64,000 nucleotides of DNA from an uncultured Candidatus Rokubacteria bacterium (GTDB lineage Bacteria; Methylomirabilota; Methylomirabilia; Rokubacteriales; DASRDR01). This document shows positions 23,539 through 32,479 of the stretch, piece after piece (the stretch's first letter is position 1; the number at the start of each line of letters is the position of its first letter). The stretch spans positions 288,001 to 352,000 of the forward strand of contig CAWDVE010000021.1 in assembly GCA_963805625.1 (NCBI GenBank), written 5' to 3'. A program made the translations under genes and the position numbers. The notes under the pieces are model-generated. The model saw only the letters and a program-made list of their open reading frames with translations, was not told the DNA's origin and did no database searches.

Positions 23539-24177
23539 CTACCGGCAGGGCGAGTAGCTCGTGGGCACGAGGATCGTCGCTTCCTGGGACTGGAGCAGCG
23601 GCATGAGGCGCCCGGCGGCCGCCTGCCACGTAGTGTCGGCGGCCAGCGCCCGCCTGACCTCGGCGCGATGGGCGAGATCCCGGTAGCCCCAGAGGTGGAC
23701 GATGCTGTTGAGCGGGCCGATCTCGACGTGCCAATAGCCCACGGGGGCGGAGTGCTTCTCCCGGATGGGCAAGGCCTCGCGCATCGTCTCGCTGTAGGCG
23801 GCCGTCTTCCCCGGGTGGAGCCGGTAGACGCGCAGCTCGTGAATCCCCATGCCCGTCGTTGGCCGGAACGGCGCCCAGTCGAACGGGCTGAGGATCATGT
23901 TCTCCTGCGCGTCGAGCAGCGGGCCGCTCGCCGGCAGGTACTCCTTGACCCAGCGGTCGTCCTTCGCGAGGCCCGCCCGTGCGGCCGCCCGTGCCGCGAG
24001 ATCGGCGAACTCCCAGAGGTGCACCACCTGGTTGAGCGGCCCCAGCTCCGTCGACCAGTAGCCGAGGAGCCGGCCGTAGCGATCGCCGCGGATGGGCCGG
24101 CCGATCGAGCCAGACTTGTCCACGTAGTCGGCGAGCTTACCGGGCTTGACGGTGTAGCGGCGGAGCTCGTGGATCAT
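23539..24177 (-). CDS. Tandem (two-domain) NIPSNAP-family protein
   Basis: Two copies of IHELRxY...GYW..E.GPLN...HLW...DLA.RA. Confidence 0.88.
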   Translation of the reverse strand: MIHELRRYTVKPGKLADYVDKSGSIGRPIRGDRYGRLLGYWSTELGPLNQVVHLWEFADLAARAAARAGLAKDDRWVKEYLPASGPLLDAQENMILSPFDWAPFRPTTGMGIHELRVYRLHPGKTAAYSETMREALPIREKHSAPVGYWHVEIGPLNSIVHLWGYRDLAHRAEVRRALAADTTWQAAAGRLMPLLQSQEATILVPTSYSPCR

Positions 24178-24196
24178 CGGGGCCCTCCGTGCGGGT

Positions 24197-24667
24197 TCAG
24201 CGATACGGGGGATGCGGTGTGTCCACCGCGTAATCCTTGCGGAGCGGGTAGCCTTCCCAATCCTCCGGAAGCAGGAGCCGCCGGAGATCGGGATGCCCCT
24301 CGAAGCGGATCCCGAACAGCTCGTGGCACTCCCGCTCCATCCAGAGCGCGCCGCGGTAGAGGCCGGTGAGGCTCGGGCACGGCGCCTCGCGCGGGATGCG
24401 CGTCTTGACGGTCAGCCCGAGGTGCGTCTCGAGGCTCTCCACCCGGCAGACGACCTCGAACCCCTCCGCCTTCCAGTCGACGGCGGTGAGGTGGCAGAAG
24501 TAGCGGCACCCCAGCGTGTCCCGGGCGAAGCCGAGACCCTCGATCCACCGCTCGACCGGCACCGTCACCACGAGGTGCCGGGCATCGAGCGGGCGCTTCG
24601 GATCCTCGCCGGTGGCCTCGACGCCGAGGGCCTCCCGCAGGCGGGCGATCGCGGTCTCGGCGGTCAC
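24197..24667 (-). CDS. nuoC: NADH-quinone oxidoreductase subunit C
   Basis: [32 protein letters not shown]. Confidence 0.94.
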   Translation of the reverse strand: MTAETAIARLREALGVEATGEDPKRPLDARHLVVTVPVERWIEGLGFARDTLGCRYFCHLTAVDWKAEGFEVVCRVESLETHLGLTVKTRIPREAPCPSLTGLYRGALWMERECHELFGIRFEGHPDLRRLLLPEDWEGYPLRKDYAVDTPHPPYR

Positions 24668-24748
24668 GGGCGCGAGCGGCCCACCCGAGGCGGCGCGCTC
24701 CGCTGCCTCCCGATGCTCCCCGCGCTCCGGCCATCCCGCGGGCGCACG

Positions 24749-25387
24749 TCAGTCTGGAGGAGCGTCCGGCGCACTCCGCCGGCCTGTCTGCTGGAACTCG
24801 GCGACCCGCTCGTGGAGCTTGAGGATGCCGAACATCAGGGACTCGGGCGTCGGCGGGCAGCCGGGCACGTACACGTCGACGGGCACCACGCGGTCCACAC
24901 CCTTGACCACGTGGTAGCCGTGCCGGAAGGGCCCCCCCGAGTTGGCGCAGGAGCCCATGGAGATGCACCATTTCGGGTCGGCCATCTGTTCGTAGATGCG
25001 CTTCAGCATGGGCGCCATCTTGATGGTCACGGTGCCGGAGACGATCATGAGGTCAGCGTGGCGCGGCGACGCCCACGGCACCATCCCGAGGCGCTCGACG
25101 TCGAACCGGGACGCGAACGTCGCCATCATCTCGATCGCGCAGCACGCGAGCCCGAACGTCACGGGCCACATCGAGGACTTCCGCGCCCAGTTGAAGACCT
25201 TGGTGGTGGAGCTGACCGCGAGCCAGCCGCCCGGGAAGTGCTCGAGACGGTCCCAGAGCCCCTGGACCGCCTCCGAGACCTGATCCCCGCCCGGCCGCTC
25301 CTGCCGGTACTTCACCCACTCCTGAAGGTCCTTGACCTCCTCCCAGGCCGGCGGTGGGATCACCGGAATCGGCGACTTTATCTCCAC
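24749..25387 (-). CDS. nuoB: NADH-quinone oxidoreductase subunit B
   Basis: [32 protein letters not shown]; GTG start overlaps the nuoA end. Confidence 0.94.
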   Translation of the reverse strand: MEIKSPIPVIPPPAWEEVKDLQEWVKYRQERPGGDQVSEAVQGLWDRLEHFPGGWLAVSSTTKVFNWARKSSMWPVTFGLACCAIEMMATFASRFDVERLGMVPWASPRHADLMIVSGTVTIKMAPMLKRIYEQMADPKWCISMGSCANSGGPFRHGYHVVKGVDRVVPVDVYVPGCPPTPESLMFGILKLHERVAEFQQTGRRSAPDAPPD

Positions 25388-25731
25388 GCGAGGATCCCTT
25401 CGCGGTAGGCGTAGAGCCAGCCGAGCCCGAGGATGAGGAGGAAGAGTACCATCGGCCCGAAGGCCACCCAGCCGAGCGCCCGGAGGACCAGCGCCCACGG
25501 GAAGAGGAACACCACCAGGGCGTCGAAGACGATGAAGACGAGCGCCACCAGGTAGAAGCCGACCGGAAATCGGATCCAGGCGGGCCCGACGGGCTCCGGC
25601 CCGCACTCGTAGCTCTGGAGCTTCGCCAGGGTCGGACGCGAGGGCCGGATCAGCGCGGCCGCGGCGAGGCTCACGCCGCCGAAAGCCACGATCATCACGA
25701 GAAAAATGAGAACGGGGAGGTACTCTGCCAC
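25378..25731 (-). CDS. nuoA: NADH-quinone oxidoreductase subunit A
   Basis: [26 protein letters not shown]. Confidence 0.94.
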   Translation of the reverse strand: MAEYLPVLIFLVMIVAFGGVSLAAAALIRPSRPTLAKLQSYECGPEPVGPAWIRFPVGFYLVALVFIVFDALVVFLFPWALVLRALGWVAFGPMVLFLLILGLGWLYAYREGILAWR

Positions 25732-25741
25732 GGCGGGCGGT

Positions 25742-25750
25742 ATTATACCA
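25742..25750 (-). promoter_or_regulatory. Extended -10 promoter of the nuo operon (near-leaderless)
   Basis: TGGTATAAT ends 10 nt before the nuoA GTG; no Shine-Dalgarno in between. Confidence 0.7.
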
Positions 25751-25859
25751 GGGAGGTCACCCCCGGGTCCCGGCGCCCCGGGAACCTTGCCAAACCATCG
25801 CCCGTTCCCCTGGCGAGGTCGTCGCGCCGTCCACGCTCACCCCAACGAGGAGGCATGCC

Positions 25860-26150
25860 ATGCGGACCTGGATTACCCTTTCGCTCGCGCTCGTGGGGGG
25901 GCTCGCCGCCGTCGGCTCCGCCTGGGCCTTCAGCTGTCCCACGCTGGTCAAGGCCGCCAACGAGGCCATCGCCGCGGCCGAGCCCAAGGCCGGCATGGGC
26001 GACGACCGCCAGAAGGCGCGCAACGCCGGCATGATCGAGGAAGCCAAGGCGCTCTCCAAGGAGGCCGAGGCCTCTCACGCCGCCGGCAAGCACGGGATCT
26101 CCGAGGCGCAGGCCAAGGCCGCGAAGTATCTGGCCGAGCAGGTGAAGTAG
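25860..26150 (+). CDS. Small secreted helical protein (N-terminal xCP, HxxGxH)
   Basis: GAGGAGG RBS, AWA signal cleavage site, typical codon usage, downstream hairpin at about 26200-26225. Confidence 0.8.
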   Translation: MRTWITLSLALVGGLAAVGSAWAFSCPTLVKAANEAIAAAEPKAGMGDDRQKARNAGMIEEAKALSKEAEASHAAGKHGISEAQAKAAKYLAEQVK

Positions 26151-26279
26151 CGGCCGGCGACTCCCGCCGTGGGCGCGGACGGCGCGCTCACTGACGACGC
26201 CGGCCCCCGGATCACTCCGGGGGCGGTTCGCGTTTCGGCGCTCGAGGCGGGGCTGCGCGTGGACGGCGCCGCGCGGATC

Positions 26280-26810
26280 TCAGCCCGCGTCGACGTCGTG
26301 CGGCCGCTTGAGCGCGCCGCCGGGCGGCGCGTTGAGAATCGCCTCGGGAAAGAGCTCCGCCAGCCACTGGACGATGTCGTTCACGGTCATGACCCCGATC
26401 GGCCGCCCCTGGGCGTCGATCAGGGGAATCGTCCGGTAGTTCGCGTTGTGGAGCCGATTGATCGCGTAGGCGATCAGGGTGTCCGGCCCTAGCGTCTCGG
26501 GCTCGCGGGTCATCACGTCGTCGAGCGGCGTCGTCTTCGGGTCCCGGCCCGGCGCCGCCACCCGGCGAAGGAGATCCCGCTCGGTGAAGATCCCGCGCAG
26601 CTGGCCTTCCTTGTCCACGATCACCACCGACGCCCGCCGCTTCTCCATCATCTGAAGGATGGCGGCGTGCACCGTGGTGTCGGCCGAGCACTTGATCGGC
26701 TCGTTCGGCGCCAGGATCTTGACCGTGTCGCTGAGGAGCGCGCTCTCGAGCTCCTGGAAGTCCGCCTCGAGCGACTCGGAGTAGGCGTCGTGGTACTCGC
26801 GTGCTTCCAT
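26280..26810 (-). CDS. CBS-domain pair protein
   Basis: GIFTERDLLRRV, VMTREP, IPLID...GVMTVNDIV; GGAGG RBS. Confidence 0.9.
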   Translation of the reverse strand: MEAREYHDAYSESLEADFQELESALLSDTVKILAPNEPIKCSADTTVHAAILQMMEKRRASVVIVDKEGQLRGIFTERDLLRRVAAPGRDPKTTPLDDVMTREPETLGPDTLIAYAINRLHNANYRTIPLIDAQGRPIGVMTVNDIVQWLAELFPEAILNAPPGGALKRPHDVDAG

Positions 26811-26823
26811 GGCCTGCTACCTC

Positions 26824-26878
26824 CAACTTGCTGGCAACTTGCTGGCAACTTGCCGGCAACCTGCTGGCGACTGGCTGG
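26824..26878. repeat. Five tandem 11-bp repeats in the CBS-gene leader
   Basis: CAACTTGCTGG x2, CAACTTGCCGG, CAACCTGCTGG, CGACTGGCTGG. Confidence 0.9.
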
Positions 26879-26936
26879 CGACCAACTCGCATCGGGCCCG
26901 CCCAGCGCGGTAGGGCCGGCCGACGGGCTTTCAGCG

Positions 26937-26965
26937 ACTCTATGCCGCACCGCGACAGCTGTCAA
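26937..26965 (-). promoter_or_regulatory. Sigma-70 promoter of the CBS gene
   Basis: TTGACA-N17-TAGAGT on the minus strand. Confidence 0.7.
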
Positions 26966-27017
26966 CGCGCGGCCTGCCCGGACGCCTGCAGGGGTCAGGA
27001 GACCCGCCGGGGTCGGG

Positions 27018-27401
27018 TCAGCGCCACCAGCCTTGCATGCGTCCCGCCATGGGGAGGTAGAGAAGGATCGCGAGCAGCAGGACGATACCGACGATCAGGA
27101 GGAGCGAGGGGTCCCCGCCCACGCCGAGCTCCCCGGCGCGCTGGGCCAGCTCGGCGCGCTCGCCGGGTGTCAGGCGGGCGAGGACGATCTCGGCATCGGC
27201 GGGCGACAGGCCCTGGGCGACGAGCGCCTCTCGGAGGACGCCCACCTCGACGGCGCTCCCATCGGCCCCGTCCGCCGCCGACGCACGCGCCGGCGGAAGC
27301 GGCGCCCCCTCGGCGGGCGCCGGCAGGGTGAGCCAGGCGGCGGCCCAGAGGACCAGGGCAATGGTGAGCCAGTGCGGGCGGAGGACGCGGGTCCGGAGCA
27401 T
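27018..27401 (-). CDS. Exported/membrane protein, PA2779-like
   Basis: Signal peptide, LxxxGLSPADAxxxLARLTPGE core, C-terminal TM helix. Confidence 0.6.
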   Translation of the reverse strand: MLRTRVLRPHWLTIALVLWAAAWLTLPAPAEGAPLPPARASAADGADGSAVEVGVLREALVAQGLSPADAEIVLARLTPGERAELAQRAGELGVGGDPSLLLIVGIVLLLAILLYLPMAGRMQGWWR

Positions 27402-27817
27402 CGTGTTCTCCCAGGGATGGCACGGGCGTGCCGGGCCCTCCCGACCATCTCGGGTTCAGTCTCCCACCGGCCCGCCCGCCACCGGACAGGAATTCCGCAC
27501 CCTCCACCCCGCCGAGGCCCTCACGCGGGCGGGCCCGGGGCGCGCCACGTCCCGAGGCGGCCGGTCGACCGCGGGCGCGCAGCTCCCCGGGCGGTGAGGA
27601 TGCGCCGCGCGAACCGGGTGTGGTAGTAACGCCCCCACGCGAGGTCACGTGATGGTACCACCAGTGGCGCGGGTCGTCGGGCGGGGCGGGCCGGTCGCCC
27701 CGAGGCTCGTCCGGACTGAGGCTCGCGCCGGCGCGCCCGACACGATACTGGAGTCGGCATCCTGGCAGGCCACCGCGGCGGCGCCGGGTAGGTCAGCCGA
27801 CCCGGCGCCCCGCCGCC

Positions 27818-28049
27818 TCACGCGCAGAGGTAGCCGCCGTCGACCTGGAGGACGTGGCCGGTCACCATCGAGGCGGCGGCCGACGCGAGGAAGATCGCCG
27901 CGCCCACCACCTCGCGCGGCTGCCCCAGCCAGCCGATCGGCGTGCGGGCCAGGATGAACTCGCTCGTAGCGCTCGCGCGCGCGTCGGCCCTCCGAACGAG
28001 TGGGGTGGTCGAAGAGCGAAGGCGCGATCGCGTTGACAGGGATGCCGCG
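27818..28049 (-). pseudogene. SDR oxidoreductase C-terminal remnant
   Basis: RGIPVNAIAP (frameshift) ...TPIGWLGQPREVVGAAIFLASAAASMVTGHVLQVDGG; 5' part missing. Confidence 0.8.
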
Positions 28050-28238
28050 AAACATCTCGCCTTCGGGTACGGCATCCACTACTGCATCGGCGCGGCGCTT
28101 TCGCGCCTCGAGGTGCCCATGGCGCTCGCGGCGGGCCTCGATCGGTTCCCGGGGATCCGTCTCGAGCCGGGCGCGCCGCGCGAGTGGAAGCCGAACCTCA
28201 CGTTCCGCGGGCTCGCGCAATTGATCGTGCGGGTCTGA
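28050..28238 (+). pseudogene. Cytochrome P450 C-terminal remnant
   Basis: Heme signature HLAFGYGIHYCIG only; 5' part missing. Confidence 0.85.
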
Positions 28239-28490
28239 CGGTCGCGAGAGGCCAGCACCGAGGCTCGACCGCACCCGGATGGCCCGATCCGCTCCCCCGT
28301 GACCCCGGCCGCGGTGTCTGGGACGGCCTTGGTCGGCCTCACCCTCCGGTTGACGATCGCCTCGCCGCCGGGCGTGACGGCAAGCAGCGGGGACGTGGAT
28401 CGGGAGGCACGAGCCGATCAGCGCGCCCGCCGGTGACCTCTTCGGCTCGGGGGCCGAGTCCTCGGGCCCCCAGGAGACAGCGCGGCGCGA

Positions 28491-29423
28491 CTACCGGAGC
28501 GGCGCGAGAGTGCCGGCGTTGGCCGGCGCGCCGAGTGCGCGCTCAAGGGCCTGGGCCCGATTGAGCGCCGCGCGCTCCACGTCGAAGTCGGCGTCCGTCA
28601 TCGGCGCCACGCCAGAGACGAGCCAGCGGCCGAGCGCGCGCCGCCGCTCCGGGGTCTCCGCCAGCGCCCCGACGGCCGAGGTCAGCGCAGCCTTGAGCCG
28701 GACGGGCAGGCTCCGCCGCATCACGATGGGCTGGATCGGCCAGGGTCCGAGGCCGGCGACCACACGGAGGTCGGCCTCGAGCGCGCGGTCCTGCCGCCAG
28801 CGCAGCGCGAGTACGGTGGAGTCGATGGCGGCGGCGTCGATCGTCCCCCGGCGGAGGCCGCGGAGCGAGGCCAGGTGGCTCCCCATGTCGCGGAGGCGGC
28901 CCATGAAGGAGGCGTCGGCACCGTGCTCCGCGGCCGTCTGGAGCACCGAGTAGTAGCCGCTCAGGGACTCGCGGTCATTGTAGCCCCAGCGCGCGTCCAC
29001 GAGATCCGCAAACGAGCGCGCAGAATGGTCCCTCCGCACGACGATGTCCGAAAAGTAGACGGGCCGGCCAGCCCCCCGGGAATCCTCGAACACCAGCCCG
29101 AACGGGACCAGCTCCACCGGCGGGTCGGGCCGCTCCTGGAGCCAGATGTAGGGCGGCGCGCAGAAGAACCCCAGGTCCAGCTCGCCCGCGCTGAACGGAT
29201 CCGGCCGGCCCCGGGGCGGTCCGGAGTGACGCGTCTCGATCTGAAGCTCGGTCGCCACCCCCAGGCGCTCGCCCAGATATTCGGCGAGGTAAGCGAAGAG
29301 GCTTCGGGGCACGCTCGGGGTGAGGTAGGTGCGGAGCCGGAGGACCCGGACTCCGGAGCGCCGCCGGGGGAGGTCCCGCACCGTCCGGCGCCCGCCGCGC
29401 CTCGACCGGCCCGCCTGCTTCAT
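28491..29423 (-). CDS. PhnD/SsuA-type substrate-binding-fold protein
   Basis: DLGFFCAPPY, YFSDIVV, YNDRESLSGY, GSHLASL, DAAAIDS. Start uncertain; no signal peptide evident. Confidence 0.8.
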   Translation of the reverse strand: MKQAGRSRRGGRRTVRDLPRRRSGVRVLRLRTYLTPSVPRSLFAYLAEYLGERLGVATELQIETRHSGPPRGRPDPFSAGELDLGFFCAPPYIWLQERPDPPVELVPFGLVFEDSRGAGRPVYFSDIVVRRDHSARSFADLVDARWGYNDRESLSGYYSVLQTAAEHGADASFMGRLRDMGSHLASLRGLRRGTIDAAAIDSTVLALRWRQDRALEADLRVVAGLGPWPIQPIVMRRSLPVRLKAALTSAVGALAETPERRRALGRWLVSGVAPMTDADFDVERAALNRAQALERALGAPANAGTLAPLR

Positions 29424-29464
29424 CCGCTCTCCCCCGACGCCTTGGCCGCCGGCCCCGAAACAGT

Positions 29465-29504
29465 GAATCCGCGGGGTTGGGCCGTCGCCTCACCCCGCGG
29501 ATTC
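29465..29504. terminator. Hairpin downstream of tRNA-Ala
   Basis: GAATCCGCGGGGT...ACCCCGCGGATTC inverted repeat. Confidence 0.6.
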
Positions 29505-29507
29505 GAA

Positions 29508-29583
29508 TGGTGGAGCTGAGGGGGATCGAACCCCTGACCCCGAGACTGCCAGCCTCGTGCTCTCCCAGCTGAGCTACAGCCCC
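29508..29583 (-). tRNA. tRNA-Ala(GGC)
   Basis: 76-nt cloverleaf GGGGCTG...CAGCTCCACCA, anticodon GGC, G3:U70 pair, encoded CCA. Confidence 0.97.
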
Positions 29584-29629
29584 GTAAGCTTTGGACGGTA
29601 CCGTGCGCGCCGCGGCCTTGTCAAGGACG

Positions 29630-31067
29630 CGCATCGGGTCAAAACTTCTGTTACCAGAGCAGGGGCCGCAGCTCAAAAGTGACGGTTACCAGACCCAATC
29701 CAGATGGGGAGGTGACCGTGACGCGGACGAGCATGCACGAGTACGTGGCCGCCCAGCGACCGCGGTACCTGGCGGCGTCGCGCCGGGAGAAGCGTCGCAT
29801 CCTGGATGAGGTCGTGGCCGTGACCCGGTATCACCGCAAGGCCGCCCTCCGCCGACTGCACCGGCCACCGCGCACGACCCCGCGCGCGGCGCGGACCGGC
29901 CGGCCTCGGGTCTACGGCCCGGACGTCATCGTCGCCGCCCAGGTCCTCTGGGAGGCCAGCGGGGAGATCGGCGCCGTCCGGCTCCAGCCGTTCGTCTCCG
30001 AACTCCTGGACCGGCTGCTCGCCTTCGAGGCACTGCGGCTGACGCCCGACACCGCCGCAGCGCTCCGCCGGGTGAGCGCCGCCACGCTCAAGCGGCTGCT
30101 CGCCCCGATCCGCGCGACTCGGCCGCCCCGCGGCCGGGGGACGACCCGCGCCGGCACCTGGCTCAAGCATCAGATCCCCATCCGCACCTTCGCCGACTGG
30201 GATGACGCCCGCCCCGGGTTCCTCGAGGGCGACCTCGTCGCGCACTGCGGCCCGACCACCGCGGGCTTCTATCTCCACACCCTCTGCGCGGTCGACATCG
30301 TGACGGCCTGGACCGAGCTCCACGCCGTCTGGGGCAAGCATCAGGAGCGGGTCGGCGGGGCCATTCATCATGTCCGGCAGCGCCTGCCCATGCCCCTGCT
30401 CGGCTGGGACAGCGATTCGGGCTCCGAGTTCATCAACGAGGCCTTCTGGCGCTACTGCCAGCGCGAGGCCATCACCTTCACCCGGGGCCGCGCGTATCGC
30501 AAGAACGACAGTGCCCACGTCGAGCAGAAGAACGGGGCGATCGTACGCCGATGGGTCGGCTATGATCGCTTCACCACCAAGGCCGCCTATGCCGCCCTCC
30601 AGGTCGTCTATCGTCTGCTGCGCCTCCACGTGAACTTCTTCCAGCCCGTGCAGAAACTCGAGGCCCGCGTCCGCGTGGAGCAGCGCGTCCGCCGAATCTA
30701 CGATCGCGCGCGGACCCCGTATCAACGCCTCTGCGCCACCGGCGTCCTCAAGCCCGAAGCCCGCGAGGCGCTCGACCAGCTCTATCACAGCCTCAACCCG
30801 CTCCAGCTCCGCCGGCAGCTCGACGCGGCCCTCGAGCGGCTCTGGGCGCTCGCCACCCCCGCCCCGCCCGTCCCGAGCGGGATCCAGCCATGATCGCCCG
30901 TCCCGACCTTCGCACCATTGGCCCAGGAGCCACGATCTCGGCCAAGGCCATACCCGGATATCCCCCTCGCCGGCCGGCCGGTGGGCCCTTCCGCCCCGCC
31001 CCGCTGGTAACCGTCACTTCTGAGCCACTGACTGCCGGAGGGTAACAGTCACTTATGAGCCGAGACG
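29630..31067 (+). mobile_element. Intact insertion sequence, 1438 bp (compatible with an ISNCY/ISLbi1-type element)
   Basis: 5-bp target duplication GGACG (29625-29629 and 31068-31072); imperfect terminal IRs; internal IR GCTCAAAAGTGACGGTTACCAG / CTGGTAACCGTCACTTCTGAGC. Confidence 0.88.
29718..30893 (+). CDS. DDE (rve-like) transposase
   Basis: GFLEGDLVAHCG, DSDSGSEFIN, KNDSAHVEQKN; GGGGAGG RBS. Confidence 0.92.
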   Translation: MTRTSMHEYVAAQRPRYLAASRREKRRILDEVVAVTRYHRKAALRRLHRPPRTTPRAARTGRPRVYGPDVIVAAQVLWEASGEIGAVRLQPFVSELLDRLLAFEALRLTPDTAAALRRVSAATLKRLLAPIRATRPPRGRGTTRAGTWLKHQIPIRTFADWDDARPGFLEGDLVAHCGPTTAGFYLHTLCAVDIVTAWTELHAVWGKHQERVGGAIHHVRQRLPMPLLGWDSDSGSEFINEAFWRYCQREAITFTRGRAYRKNDSAHVEQKNGAIVRRWVGYDRFTTKAAYAALQVVYRLLRLHVNFFQPVQKLEARVRVEQRVRRIYDRARTPYQRLCATGVLKPEAREALDQLYHSLNPLQLRRQLDAALERLWALATPAPPVPSGIQP

Positions 31068-31136
31068 GGACGCGGGCCTCGATCGGTCGCTCTCACGCGG
31101 GGTCCTGCGCAGGCGGCGCGCACGGGTCCCCAAGCC

Positions 31137-31165
31137 TTGACCCTCCCCGGCGTGCCCCCTAGACT
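31137..31165 (+). promoter_or_regulatory. Sigma-70 promoter of tRNA-Leu
   Basis: TTGACC-N17-TAGACT ending 10 nt before the tRNA. Confidence 0.75.
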
Positions 31166-31175
31166 CGGGGCACTG

Positions 31176-31263
31176 GCCGGGATGGCGGAACTAGGCAGAC
31201 GCGCCAGACTCAAAATCTGGTGGGCGCAAGCCCGTGGGGGTTCGATTCCCCCTCCCGGCACCA
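31176..31263 (+). tRNA. tRNA-Leu(CAA)
   Basis: 88-nt cloverleaf with long variable arm, anticodon CAA, GGTTCGATTCC T-arm, CCA end. Confidence 0.97.
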
Positions 31264-31344
31264 AATCTTTTCGGTCACTTCCAGGACATCACCTACGTTG
31301 GCTTCATCGAGTACCGGCGGCACCGTGGCCGACTTCGTGGCCGG

Positions 31345-31461
31345 CCCGAATTGGAACAACTCGCGCCGGGCCTCATGCGACGCGCGTTCGCGATCGACGT
31401 GTTGGCGTGTCCCCGCTGTGGCGGACGGCTGAGAATGGTCGGCACGGTCGAGGATCTTTAG
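31345..31461 (+). pseudogene. IS91-like transposase C-terminal remnant
   Basis: LMRRAFAIDVLACPRCGGRLRMVGTVED zinc-ribbon tail. Confidence 0.65.
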
Positions 31462-31522
31462 AAGCAAAGGGGCCGCCTAGAGGGCGACCCTTTCTAAACG
31501 TCAAGCGAGAGGGGCTGTCTGA

Positions 31523-32260
31523 TCAGGCTCTGAAACGCCGCCAGGCGGCCAGCCCGGCGACGCCTGCGCCGAGGAGGAACAAGCCGTCGGGCTCGGGCAC
31601 CCTCGCGCTAGGGCCCGCGATGGTGAAGCCATCGATGCCGAATCCGTCGTTCTGTCTACTGCCGGCGTCGGAAAAGAACTGGAGCCCGCCGATCCCGGCG
31701 GAGTCCGTCACGGTGATGTAGAAAATCTGACCATCGTTGAGTTTCTGGGAGAACGGCTGGAAGGACTGGACTTTAAAGAGCGCGTTGACGTCGTTGATGT
31801 CGGTGACGAAGAACCCGACCGAGGTGACGTCCGTCGAGGCCGTCCAGGCCATGGCCTTGTAGTCGTTGCTGTCGAGCCAATGGCCATCCGGGCCCTCTAC
31901 CGCGAATCGGCCGACGTAAGGGCTCGTGCTGGCGTCGAGAATGGCGAGCCCGTCGTTGCACTTTGTCCCACACCCTTGGCCGGAGCCGTTGTTGCCGGGC
32001 GTGAGTGGCACGAAGGTTCCGACCGACGTGATGAAGGATCCTGGGTCACCCGAGTAGGTGCCGGCGCCGAAACCCTCGAAGTGCTCGGTTACCACGCTCA
32101 GACCGCCCAGACTGCTCAGATAGGCGCTCTCCGCGGCCTGGGCTTGGGCGAGAGAGCCGTCCCCATGGACGGTGAAGATGGGAACCGCCTCCGCTTGGAC
32201 GATAGCGAATAGGCCGATCACAACCGTCACCAAGCATCCGAGCGTTCGCGGAATGGTCAT
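31523..32260 (-). CDS. PEP-CTERM sorting-domain protein
   Basis: Signal peptide; C-terminus VPEPDGLFLLGAGVAGLAAWRRFRA. Confidence 0.9.
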   Translation of the reverse strand: MTIPRTLGCLVTVVIGLFAIVQAEAVPIFTVHGDGSLAQAQAAESAYLSSLGGLSVVTEHFEGFGAGTYSGDPGSFITSVGTFVPLTPGNNGSGQGCGTKCNDGLAILDASTSPYVGRFAVEGPDGHWLDSNDYKAMAWTASTDVTSVGFFVTDINDVNALFKVQSFQPFSQKLNDGQIFYITVTDSAGIGGLQFFSDAGSRQNDGFGIDGFTIAGPSARVPEPDGLFLLGAGVAGLAAWRRFRA

Positions 32261-32271
32261 ACCCTCGGGAA

Positions 32272-32366
32272 AGCAATTCTAGGACCGGATCGGGGAGTCC
32301 TTTTATGGCAGCCATTTAGTCCGCTAGGATGTTCCCGCCACCGATCAAATGTAAAGAGAACAGACA
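32272..32366 (-). promoter_or_regulatory. Sigma-54 promoter plus putative enhancer of the PEP-CTERM gene
   Basis: CGGTCCTAGAATTGCT (GG-N10-GC, 32287-32272); TGTAAA-N7-GACA at 32350-32366. Confidence 0.6.
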
Positions 32367-32479
32367 TCTTGGTGTAACGAGAGAGGACAGCATCGCAACG
32401 CCGGGCAAGGCTGAGGCGCCACCCAGGTCAGACCCACAAACCCTGGGCACGCTCGCGACGCCAGGCCGCTTACTGGCGG

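Noticed and set aside
26824-26878. Possible CRISPR array
   Set aside because: 11-bp tandem units without spacers, and no cas genes in the window.
27402-27817. Long intergenic region as possible ncRNA or small ORF
   Set aside because: GC-rich hairpins are expected by chance; no recognisable RNA family or convincing ORF.
29673-30788. 371-aa ORF antisense to the transposase
   Set aside because: Mirror frame of the transposase with no independent coding signal.
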